A stretch of 63,434 nucleotides of DNA, the filler included, from Chrysochromulina tobinii (Eukaryota), in assembly GCA_001275005.1 (NCBI GenBank). It is 6 parts of 6 records of this genome, joined end to end, with 100 filler letters (N's around TTAATTAATTAA, not from the genome) between each part and the next. Parts side by side here need not be neighbours in the genome. Positions count along the whole stretch, not along the records: positions 1 to 17,733 come from JWZX01000745.1; positions 17,834 to 34,021 come from JWZX01000746.1; 4 more parts are not named here. One strand, written 5' to 3'. The position numbers and the translations under genes were made by a program. The notes under the pieces were generated by a model. That model was not told where the DNA came from. It was given only the letters and a program-made list of their open reading frames with translations, and made no database searches. The stretch's first letter is position 1. Each line of letters begins with the position of its first letter. This document shows positions 10,310-20,734 of the stretch, piece by piece.

Positions 10310-11023
10310 CTAGTAGATACAATCGTCCTCCTCAACCACGCGCAGCGGTGCCACCGAGCGCGTGAGGCTCTGGCGCATGAACAAGACCACGCACGCCGCC
10401 GCCTCCTGAGCAGCGAGCTGGCACACGTCGTACTGCGCTGGCGCCACGCTTCCAACGAGGTGCGAGAGCAATAGTTGGCGCTCCGTGCTGCCATTGGCTG
10501 TCTGCCGCACCAAGAAGCCGAGGGTGACGATCGCCTGGGCCTGGGCCTCCTCCTCGGCGCTCGGGTCGAGAAGCATGGCACCATCGGGCAAGACGGAAAT
10601 CGCGCAGCTCCCAAGCATGCCACGGATCGGCACGCCGGCGTGCATCAGCGCGACGCATGCGCCGTGCAATGCGGTGGAGAGCAGCGAGCCGTCGTCAGCG
10701 AGCACCTGCACGACGACCGAGATGGCCGTACACGGATGGGCTGCGAGGATGATGACGTGGTGCAGTGTCTGCGTGATGAGCTGCTCGACCTCGCGGTCGG
10801 CCGGCGACGGGATGCCAGCGCGCGGCCGCACGATGACCTCGAGTGTTGCGCCGTCAATGCGCTCGCGTGATCGCTTAGCCTCACAGGGTCCATACACGGC
10901 GACCGCCACCTCGGTGCCATCGTGTGAGAAGCGCGACGAACCGTCCGCTCGTGAGAGTGCACCTGGCTCCGCTGCGAGCGGACGGATCTGGTTGGCGACG
11001 CGACCATCCGCGCGGCAATCCAT
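10310..11023 (-). CDS. RRP46: Exosome complex component RRP46 (EXOSC5), RNase PH fold
   Basis: 'RADGR..NQIRPL...GALSRADGSSRF...VAVYGP...DDGSLLSTALHGACVALMHAGVPI...LLDPS.EEE'. Confidence 0.9.
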   Translation of the reverse strand: MDCRADGRVANQIRPLAAEPGALSRADGSSRFSHDGTEVAVAVYGPCEAKRSRERIDGATLEVIVRPRAGIPSPADREVEQLITQTLHHVIILAAHPCTAISVVVQVLADDGSLLSTALHGACVALMHAGVPIRGMLGSCAISVLPDGAMLLDPSAEEEAQAQAIVTLGFLVRQTANGSTERQLLLSHLVGSVAPAQYDVCQLAAQEAAACVVLFMRQSLTRSVAPLRVVEEDDCIY

Positions 11024-11231
11024 TTGTCGCGCGGTGGCACGTGGTGAGCTGTGAGTTCCTGTGAACATCCTGTGAAAACCCCTGTGAAAGAAAAACAGAG
11101 GGAGATGTGGGTGTTGGCAAGTGAAATTACTGTGGACGGGAGTGTTTTGACGAAACCCATTCAAAGGCTTTCCAACGCCCACCCCGAGAGTGTTGCCGAT
11201 GACCTCCGCTCCAAGCTCCGCACGTCGCCTG

Positions 11232-13166
11232 ATGGCCGAAGATGATGCAGCGATCGTCACCGTCACTGTGCGCATCAAGCCCTCGGACAACCCGGCGGTC
11301 TTCGCAACGACGGGTGGGGTTTTGGTCCAACGCCCCAGGGAAGGGTCGGTCGTGCATGATGGCTTTGCGAGCATTATTGAAGGCGACTGCGACCAAGCGG
11401 CTGCATTTGACGCCATCGCTGCGCCGCTGCTGGAGCGTTTGCACCAAGGGTATAGCTGCACCCTGATTGCGTACGGCCAGACGGGGTCGGGAAAGACCCA
11501 CACCATCTTCGGACCGCCTGGTGCGCTGACCGAGAAGTCAGTTGAACATTTTTCGCGCTCCGTTGCGACCATGGAAGGTGACGCGCCAGACGACTGGGGG
11601 CTCTTTCCTCGCATCGCACTCGCCCTCCTCGCCGCCGGCACTGGCGCGCTCCACGCGTCGGCGGTCGAGGTGTACCAGGAGAAGGCGTTCGATCTGCTCG
11701 CAGATCGCATCCAGCTCACAGTAGGTACCCAGAAGGCCGGTCGCAAGACCGATGGGCCCGGCGCCAAGAGCAAGGGCAACGATGCCGTGCACCTGTCGAC
11801 GTGCAAATGTCGCGAGTGCTACATCCAAAAGGAGAACGAGGCCAAGGTGCGCAAGGCGTGCCTTGACGCTGGCAAGGCCCCCCCAAAGCCCGGGAAGCGC
11901 GCGGCGGCGCCAGCCGCAGCGACCCCGGCCAGCGCAGACGAGAGCGAGATCTCCTTTGCGACCATCGGAGAGCGGCGGGTGCTGCTGAGCAGTGCCTTGG
12001 ACGTGGCCCGGCTGGCGCGCACCATCGAGCTCACGCGCACCGCTGTTGGGCATCTGCTCAATGAGAGGTCGTCTCGTTCGCATTGTTTGGTCCACTTACA
12101 CCTAACTGAGCAGACGGGTGGTGGCGGGAGGGCGGGCGCCGTATCGGTGAGCAAGCGCCAGCTCCTGTTCGCCGACCTCGCGGGCTCAGAGCGCATCCTC
12201 AAGACGGGCGCGGAGGGCGTCGCGGCCAAGCAAGCCGTCGCCATCAATACGTCCCTCTCGGCCCTCGGCAAGTGCACGCGTGCGCTCGCAGTACATGCGG
12301 CGTACGTGCCGTATCGCGAGTCGACCTTGACGCAACTGCTCCGCTCGTCTCTGTCGGGCAAGGCGAGCCTCGCAGCGGTGATCACCGTCGCCGGCGACGC
12401 CGCCCACGTGGACGAGTCCAAATGCTCTCTCGAGTACGGTATGCAGATGGGCGCGCTCCGTACGCGAGCGACGGTCGTGCAATCATCGACCATCGCGGGC
12501 GAAGTCAAAGCGATCAACCTGCAGCTGAGCAAGGCGCGGCCTGCACTGGCCGAGATGGAGGCCAATGGGTACGCCGAGAAGTTTGGCAAGGCGGCGGAGC
12601 CCACCGCTATTAAGACCTTCAACGAGAACACCCGCCACCTGCTCGCCCTCGAGGCCGCCATCCGGGAAGAGAAGGCGGCGATGGCGGAGCTAGCTGCACG
12701 GGGCGAGGGCCGCAGCGCCCAGGCAGCCGAGACGGCGCTCTCGCTCCGAGAGGCCTCGGCCGAATGGGCCGACTTGAGCGAACTCATAGGGCGCCAGAAG
12801 TCGATCCCTGGCTTCTACATTCCGGCCCGGGCCGTCTATACCATCAAGCTCGCTGAGATCCGTGCCCTCGAGGGGCGTCTACAACAACTCCATGCGGCGG
12901 CGAGTGCACCGAGCGCCGCACTGCCTCCCGACAGCACAGCTCAGGCGGAGCGCATCGCGGGCCAATTGCGGACGCATTTCGGCCTTGCGCCGAGCGCCAA
13001 GCGCTCAGGCGCTGTATCAGTCGCGGGAGCTTCAGGCGCTGATGAGAAGAGCCATCCTGACGAGGAGTGGTCGACCCACCTTCACCCGGAGACTGGTGTG
13101 ACGTACTACTTCAACGCCATCTCGGGAGAGTCGACTTACGACGCTCCGCCGGTCTCCCTGGTTTGA
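11232..13166 (+). CDS. Kinesin motor protein with C-terminal WW domain
   Basis: P-loop 'AYGQTGSGKTHT', switch I 'NERSSRSH', switch II 'DLAGSER', 'VPYRESTLT'; coiled coil; WW 'EWSTHLHPETGVTYYFNAISGESTYDAP'. Confidence 0.92.
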   Translation: MAEDDAAIVTVTVRIKPSDNPAVFATTGGVLVQRPREGSVVHDGFASIIEGDCDQAAAFDAIAAPLLERLHQGYSCTLIAYGQTGSGKTHTIFGPPGALTEKSVEHFSRSVATMEGDAPDDWGLFPRIALALLAAGTGALHASAVEVYQEKAFDLLADRIQLTVGTQKAGRKTDGPGAKSKGNDAVHLSTCKCRECYIQKENEAKVRKACLDAGKAPPKPGKRAAAPAAATPASADESEISFATIGERRVLLSSALDVARLARTIELTRTAVGHLLNERSSRSHCLVHLHLTEQTGGGGRAGAVSVSKRQLLFADLAGSERILKTGAEGVAAKQAVAINTSLSALGKCTRALAVHAAYVPYRESTLTQLLRSSLSGKASLAAVITVAGDAAHVDESKCSLEYGMQMGALRTRATVVQSSTIAGEVKAINLQLSKARPALAEMEANGYAEKFGKAAEPTAIKTFNENTRHLLALEAAIREEKAAMAELAARGEGRSAQAAETALSLREASAEWADLSELIGRQKSIPGFYIPARAVYTIKLAEIRALEGRLQQLHAAASAPSAALPPDSTAQAERIAGQLRTHFGLAPSAKRSGAVSVAGASGADEKSHPDEEWSTHLHPETGVTYYFNAISGESTYDAPPVSLV

Positions 13167-13547
13167 CCGGGTACAATCGTAGCATGCAATACTTGCAGCA
13201 TCTGTCCCCTCCCGGGCGCGTGGGGGTGTTGCACTACACCTGAACTGTGTAGACAGCATGGTAGACAGGCATGCGCCTGTCAGCTGTATCGTACCCGACC
13301 GCCCTCTGTCGCGTGTCAGGGTCGGGTCGCCCCGCGGCGGAGTCCGTGTACGGCTGTACGTGTGAAATGGATACTGGTCGCGGAAACGCGTGTATGTACT
13401 CCGGGAGGCGTGGACGAGGGTCCGTGTGTACCTCAGTACGTCTACGCGGCGGTACCGGTGGCGCCCGGTCTGGGTGTACTCGGTTCTCTGTTGAGTGTTG
13501 TGGAAGGTAGCGGTCCCACATGCGCGCGCACGCGCGGTCCGCGCATA

Positions 13548-13632
13548 TCCATATCGGTCCGACGGGTCCGGGTCGGTGACTGTACACGTGTACCTCCATA
13601 TCGGTCCGACGGGTCCGGGTCGGTGACTGTAC
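13548..13632. repeat. 38-bp direct repeat (2 copies, period 47) in an intergenic block
   Basis: tccatatcggtccgacgggtccgggtcggtgactgtac at 13548-13585 and 13595-13632. Confidence 0.9.
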
Positions 13633-13831
13633 CGCACGTGTTTTAAGTACCGCGTGTGATTGAAGATGAAGTACCGTGTACTGGGTGCACCGCATATGCG
13701 CACCATATTGAAAAGTGTATACCCAGTACACGTTGCACCCACACAGTCGACATGTACGTTCCAGGATGGAGAGACACAGTAACCCCTAACCCATAACCTC
13801 CGTCTCATTGCGATGCTGGTCCCGCCATGCG

Positions 13832-16800
13832 TCATTCACCCCAGCACGTGCGGCCCGCGAGCGGCGACCACGCACCGCTGCGCTGCTGCTCAAGTACCTT
13901 GGCCAGGAGCTTCTCGTCTTCCGTGCGCTGGCTGGCCGCAAGGAACTGGGCAAAGGACGACACAAAGTGCTGTGCCATCATGGGCTGCATCGCAAGGAGC
14001 TGTCGTAGTGCGCCGTCTGGCTCCGTGGCCCAGAGCAAGCGGATGAGCTTCGTGTTTGTGCCCTGGTGCTCCTTCCACTGCTCGACCACCGGCACGGGCT
14101 CAAACTTGCTTGGCTCGCAAGGCATGAGGGCGACATCGACCGGGCTCGAAGGCAAGTGCTTCCGAAGGGAGATGAGTGTCGGGGGCGAGACCTCGGCGTC
14201 ACTCGCGACTCCGAGCATTCCGACCATTAAGCGACACACGTTGTTCGAGTCAAAGATCGGGTGGAGCGAGAGGTCATTGGAGAAGTGCGACCCGTCCTTC
14301 CTCACATTAGTGATCCGTTGGGCAAAGTGCTCATGTCTTCGGATGGCGGTGATCATGTTGGAGAGCACTTGCGGCTCCGTCTTCTGATCCTGCAGAAAGC
14401 GGCAGCTCTTCCCCAGGGCCTCGTTGCGCGGCCAAAGCGTGAGTGTGCTGAAGGCCTCGTTGCAGTAATCGAGCGGCAGGCCAGGGGTCAGCATGTCGAC
14501 GGCAACCACCGCATGCTGGCTCTGATCCAGTAGATGGTATAGGACGGCGACCCAGTTGGTGCCGCGAGTGCTTGGCATACTCACCCCAAGAGACACGGCG
14601 AGCTTCTGCAGCTGCGGGCACTCCCACTCGACCCCACTCCCCCCCTCAACACCACTCGCGAGAGGAAGGGCTTCCCGGTTTGGCACGGGCTGCGCCGGCG
14701 CCGGCACGGGCAATTTCTGCGGGAGCAGCTTGATGAGCTTCACATACTTTTTTCGAGTCTCCTCGATGAGTGCACGCCCCTCGTCCGAGCTGAGAGCCGC
14801 TGCGCCCCAAGGCCCGTCGTCGGTCTCGAGCCCCGTCAGGTCCAGTTGCAGCCCCACGCAGTAGCGCCGACGGTCGTGGTTGTCACGCACGTACGCCATC
14901 GTGAGCAGGTTCTCGAAGACGACGCCCGTTTTGCGGTAATTGACCATCATGATCTGCGAGTCTTGCCCGGCGCGCAGCGTATCGAGCAGCTGCTTGCCAT
15001 GGACGGGGTCAGTGGAAGGGCCCTGGAGGAAGCGGCAGTTACGACCGAAGCATTCCTCTTTTGAATAGCCCGTCACGCTCGAAAACTTCTTGTTGATGTA
15101 GATCAAGGGGAATCCGGCCGTTTGAGCGTCGGAGAGGCAAAAGGCGAGGGGCAGAGACTCGGCCAGGATGCAAAGGTTGAGCATCCAGCCGGCCATGTCG
15201 TCGGGCAGCTTGTAGTTGCAAAAGTGGCGCCCGCAGCACGTGGCGAGAGCCTCCGGGTTCGAGAGCGACTGGAGCAGCATTTCGTTCCATTGCTCGAGCA
15301 TCGACAACGACGCCTTTGAGGAGATCCATTTGTTGAACGCGCTGTCGTTGCCTTTGGTGAGTTGCCGAATGGCCAGGCTTGCCGCCCGACGTCCCTCGTC
15401 CAAAGTCGGCTGTGCCACCAGCTTGGAGGGCGATGAGGCCGTGGCCACCGGAGCAGCAGCAGCAGCAGCTTCTGCGGGTGGCGTCATCTCGACGTGATTC
15501 TCGCTCGAAAGCAGCCGCGTCCTCGGCGCCATCGCGGCACTTGCAGTGGCCACGAGGCCCCGAGCGGCCATGTCAGCAAGCATTTCGGTGCCCAGGGCAC
15601 TCAGCTCGGCAATGGCGGCCTTCATCGCGGCGGCGGCCTCGGGCGACATGTCGGGCTCGCGACCCGGATACTCTTGTGGTTGCGACATGATGCGCTGTGA
15701 GAGGAACTTGGCCGCATTCACCCAGGCTCGCGCCTGTGGCGGCTGTGATGGGTTGAGCCGGAGCTCCTGGCGCGACGTCGACTTGGGGCCGAGCAGTCGC
15801 CTCGCGAGCTCGCGCAGGAACGTGTCGACGTGCGGAGCGTCCGCGTAGGGGAGGCGAAGGAGCGAGCGCGCCTGTGTGAGCTTCGTTCCGTTGATGCTTT
15901 TGCTCATGGACGGGTTTGTAATGTCCATGCGCACGGCGCTGTGATTGAGGATCAGCTTGCGCGCCGCCTCCTCTCGCGCCTCCATGGAGTGCTCCGCTAA
16001 TGAGTGCGCCGCCGCCGCATCCTCTGGGTCGCGAGTGGCGCCTCCTACCCTGCCGAGCTGTTGGCGCAACGTGAGCCACGCCTGCGCGCTGTCGCAGATC
16101 TCTCCCATCACGGCGATCATCGCATCGCCAGCGGCGGGCCCCATGTCACGTTCGCGCCCTGGCTTTTGGTCCGCCGTCGTCTGCAGCCGCCCTTGCAGGT
16201 AGGCTGCCGTTTGGATCCATGCCATCGCCTGCTGCGGATTCTCAAGCTTCAAGCGCGCCTCGAGCTCCGGCATGCCGCCGAGCAATCTGCGTGCGATCTC
16301 GCGCAAGAACTGGTCGACAAAGGCGCTCGACTCGACGCTCACCCGCTGCAGGTTCAGCTGCGTCAGCATGCGGTCGCCGTAGATGTTGAGCTGGCTGGAC
16401 GTATTGCACACGTCGAGACGCACGTTGTGCTGGTTGGTGATGATCTTGCGAGCCGCTTCGACGCGGGCGAGCATCGGATGAGCCGCTGCGACACCAATCG
16501 CGGCGTCGCGCTTCGCGTCGTCAAGCCGCACGCGCAGCGCAAGCCACGCACTTGCGAGGGTGCGGATCTCGCCGATGACGGCCTTCATCGCATCCGCTGC
16601 CGTCGGAGCCATGCGCCGCCAGAGCAGGACGTCGCCGGCCCGGCGCCAGAGACTGCGCGCTGATGAGACACGGGTATCGAGGGCTGGCCGATCCGCGTTG
16701 GTGTCGAGCTCGCGGGAGGTACGGGCCTCCCCCTTGAGGCGAGTCTCGATGTACGCGGCGGCCTGGACCCAAGCTGCCGCCTGCTGTGGAAACTTGAGGT

Positions 16801-17733
16801 CCAGCTTCTCCTCGAGCTCGTTCGCGCCTTCGAAGCAGCCCAACAGACGTCGCGTCACCTCGCGAAGGAAGGCATCGGCATGCACAGCGTCCTTGTATGC
16901 CACGGGAGGAGCGGTCGCCTCGTCGGTCTGAGGCCCGTGGAGAAGGTCTTGCAGCACGTTGCTATGGTTCATGATGAGCTTGCGCGCCGCCTCGACGCGT
17001 GCCGCATTGGAATGTGCTGCTGCCGCAGGCGAGGGGGTGCTCACGCCAATCTTGCCGTCCTCAAGCAGCTGCCGCAACGACTGCCAGGCGATCGCGGTGT
17101 TGCCGAGCTCCACGATCACGGCGTTCATGGCCTCAGCGGCTGCCAAACCCAAGTCGAGCATCGGATCGTCGGCAGATTGCAAACGACTCATAAGGTGCAT
17201 CGCGGCGTGTGCCCATACTTCGCCCTGCCTCGGCTGTGTCGGGTCGAGGTACTCCTCGAGGTCAGTCGAACCTTCCCGACGGCCGAGCAGCCGGCGCGCC
17301 ACCTCGCGCAAGAACTGGTCGACGAAATGGGCGTCCTCCGCTGGCAAGCGAGCCGGAAGCTGCTGTGTGTGAGGGCGGCCGTTGCTGGACTCGGCGTGAG
17401 AAGGAGTGCACATCTCGTGCACGAGGTCGGCGTGGATCAAGATGATCTTGCGTGCGGCGGCCTCGCGAGCTGCGTGTGCGTGCGCTGCCGCGGCGCCATC
17501 GGCCACGTCGGCGCGGGAAGCACTAGCCAGCAACCACCGGAGCAGCAGCCAGGCACGCGGGCTGCTCACGATCTGAGGCATGATGGTGCGCATGGCGTGG
17601 GCGGCCGCCGGGCTCATGTCCCGAGGCCGGCCGGGCTTCTGCTCGGCCGTAGACTGGATGCGGCCCTCGAGGTACTCGGCGGCCTGGACCCACGCCTGCG
17701 CTTGGTTGGGCATCGACGGATCCAGCTTCTCCT
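13832..17733 (-). CDS. Dual-LOV photoreceptor with at least 4.5 N-terminal tandem phycobiliprotein-like helical repeats (5'-truncated at contig edge)
   Basis: LOV1 GRNCRFLQ (15023-15046) and LOV2 GKSCRFLQ (14390-14413) in full PAS/LOV context. Repeats at 17105-17569, 16565-17104, 16097-16564, 15602-16096 and partial 17570-17733. The frame is open to the contig end. LOV calls are secure; repeat identity is inferred. Confidence 0.88.
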
Positions 17734-17833
17734 NNNNNNNNNNNNNNNNNNNNNNNNNNNNNNNNNNNNNNNNNNNNTTAATTAATTAANNNNNNNNNNN
17801 NNNNNNNNNNNNNNNNNNNNNNNNNNNNNNNNN
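17734..17833. other. Artificial contig-joining linker
   Basis: N-run + TTAATTAATTAA (stops in all six frames) + N-run, 100 bp. Confidence 0.98.
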
Positions 17834-20623
17834 CGGCGGCGTGGCGGCCGGTGGCGGCGGCCCGTTTCGCGTTTGCGTTTCTTAAAGATCGAGTTCAACC
17901 AACACGAGTTCAGAATTGGCAAGCGGTTGGCCGCGCGGTTCCTGCAGCGGTGGCGGAGGTGGTGGAGCGCCCGCGATGGGCACCGCAGTCACCATCGTAC
18001 GCAGCGGAGGTTCGGGCGGCGGCGGCGGTGGGGCTGGCGGCTGCTGCGGCAGCGCCGCCGCTGGTCGGGGTGACGGCGTTTTAGATAATGGACTGGTCTG
18101 ACCGAACGAAGCGAAGGTCGGTCGCGGGGCACGGGCTCTCTCCGGGCGGCCGCTTGCGTTTGGCTTCGCCGGCTCGGACACGCCGCCCTCTTGCACGCCG
18201 CGCCGCGCTGTGCTATTGACCCGCCTCAGTGCGAGACCGGAGACGGCTCGGTCACGTATTTCGAATGGCGTTATTGGCGAAGCCGGCTCGACGGTGATCT
18301 CATCTGCGATCACCCCCGGCGACGAGATCGGCTTGATGGGGGTGAAGGTGTCACCATCTGTGGGCTGCATGCGGCATTCCGCCTTGGCATTGTCGCGAGC
18401 CTTTGCGGCAGCGGCTTTGGCACATGCGATGTCCTTGACCGTAAATTCGTAGTTCTTGCGGGTCGTGCAGCAGAAGTCTAGGGATTGGTTTTGGCCCATG
18501 GATAGCCACACGCTGCGCTTTACCCTTTCGAAGAATTTGCTTGCCTCGCGTCAAGCAATTGGCGTCAAGGGGTGCGAACGCAGCAGATCGATCCTGGCCC
18601 GACGGAGCACCGACTCGAAAAGGAGACGTTCGTGTGTTTTGATCCGGATAGTCAGCGGATTTCGGGAAGTTTGCATGCGAATCCGACGCGAAAGGGATGA
18701 CTGTGAACGGAAGGGGGGGGGGAGTGGCCAAAAAAGTCGACTTTTCCGAAAGCGTGATTGTGAGATGATTACGATGTCGGTCGGCGTGAGTGGCGACGAC
18801 TTCACCGATGGCGGCGCCATTGACGGCGCCAGCCGGACTGGCTACGGTTTCACCGTCGGTACCGTTGCTCAGCTGATAGCCCAAGGTCCTTCTCAACCAT
18901 GTGCAGGTTGTACACTAGCTCCCACAACCAGTGACGGAGGACGTACGATGCCACGCAAGGATGGGTTGTTTTCTCAGCGAGGATGGGTTGTTCTCTGTGG
19001 CCGTCACTTGCAAGCGCGGCGCGATGAGGCTAGCTCCTTCACTGCATCCACTACTGCACCAGTCCCGATGCCGACTCCCGCGGTTTCAAGGGCATCTCGA
19101 GCTCAACAGTCAGTCGTCTCTATCTCGGCAAGATGGAAGCGGCAGGTGAAGAAACAGCAGAGACGGCAGCAGAAGAGGTCTTTCAATCGCACGAGCACTG
19201 CCGCCACAGGGGATTCGCCGACTGGAGCGCTCCCGTGCGAGACTGCTGCAGCTATTGCATGTCAAGGGTAGGTGGCGACGACGGCACAGTCGCAAGCCAC
19301 TCCGCAGGTAGTTGTCCGCCTCCTGGTTCGCTCCTGAAGCAGACGCATCACTGGGATGCAGTTCCTCGCCAGTCTGAGTGCTGAGGTGGCCACGGCGCTC
19401 TTCAAGCGACGAAGAACGCCAATGATCGCCCAGCCCCACCAGACCCTCAGGCATCACCATCAGCGATCAGACACGCTTTTGCCTTTCGTGGTCGGAGCCT
19501 TCGCTTAACTTCGACGCGGTGCGTGTTGCGGTGCCTATTGCACTCGGTTGCGGGTTTTTGTTGTTGACATGCAAAGAATACCAACTACCTCACGCGGCAT
19601 GAACACGTGAGAGACTAATCGCCGGCTACACTGTAACATGGTTGCTCATCGCGCCGGCGCAGTTTCCGTCGATCGCGCGTACCGTGTTGCAGTTGCGCCG
19701 TCGACGCACACACGGCTCGATTCACCCCGTGTTGACATACTACATAAGGCAGGCACGATCGGGCACATCCTGCGGGGTGGTGCCAGCTGCGGCGCAGTAC
19801 ATGTAGCGGAGCTGCCGCCCCGCCGGCACGGCGCTCATCGGGGCTGCTACATATCATTCACGCTTGGCGATGCTCTCTCTCGCTAGGAACGGAACGGATG
19901 ACGACACTTTGCCTTGAAAGCCGCCCCCGGGCTGATCGAGTGAGGGGACCGCTTTCAAGCAGATGGGGTGATCGATTGCCAGGCGCCGCCATACCTCATC
20001 CCGCCCTGAGTGATTGGATTGCCGCGGTACGCTACGGGTTGTGCGCACGTGGTGAACTGCGTTGGCTGCGTGATGCCCGCTGGAACTCGCTTGGACTCGC
20101 GCTGGCCGGTATAGTGCGAGACCATGCGGATAGGCCCACCGGACAGGCGCGAGCGCGTCTTGGATTCGGCAGGGGGGGTCGAAGGCGAAAACAACTGAGT
20201 TGCGCCGGGCTTGGAAGCGGGCTCCGGCATCTGCGGCTGCGGTGGCGGCCGCACCACGATCGATGCAGCAATCGCTGCTCCATCTATGGCCATCGCTGGG
20301 ACGGGCTCGACCTTGGGCGGTGTTGAACTCCTTGGTGCAGCCGATGCTTGCTCGAGCATCGATTGCTTCGCCAACTTCTCGTGGGACCCTCCCGGGGCGT
20401 ACCTTTCTTCCCAGTTGCAGCGGTCAGCCTCGGTCAAAGTCCAGCTTTCGGGACCATTCTTGCGCAAGAAGCCCGAGTTGTGCCTCGCGTGAGGGTGCTG
20501 CCCGCGAGCAAGCTCCATTCGATCGTGGACTCGGCACGGCGAAGTCTTCCCGTCGTGTGTATCGTCGGCTGCGCTAAGTTCGAGAAATCCGAGTCCAAGT
20601 TTCCAATTTTTCGTCTTTAACAA
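17834..20623 (-). pseudogene. Degenerate ORF remnants, possibly a decayed transposable element
   Basis: Several broken, Pro-rich minus-strand frames (17882-18511, 19955-20623) with no recognisable domain and weaker codon bias than neighbouring genes. Confidence 0.25.
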
Positions 20624-20734
20624 CGGTCTACTGTGAAGCGCTCATGTAGCGGGCGATTGCGCCCCGTTCACGACGAGAACACTCGAGCGCGACGAATGTC
20701 ATGACGAAACTCTGAATTTCACGCGACGCCAATA

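Noticed and set aside
11024..11806. Long N-terminal extension of RRP46 in the ORF track
   Set aside because: It is the antisense of the kinesin 5' region. RRP46 homology starts at the ATG at 11023.
13832..15154. Phototropin or aureochrome assignment for the LOV protein
   Set aside because: There is no Ser/Thr kinase after LOV2 and no bZIP before the LOV domains.
254..17733. Functional 'light/plastid' gene cluster on the first contig (lumenal protein, CCB2, LOV protein)
   Set aside because: These genes are interspersed with unrelated housekeeping genes, and plastid-targeted genes are common in algal genomes. There is no evidence of co-regulation.
17734..17833. Recurring TTAATTAATTAA motif inside N-runs (five times)
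   Set aside because: It is an artificial six-frame-stop linker used to concatenate contigs. ORFs ending there are truncated and cross-linker synteny is not real.
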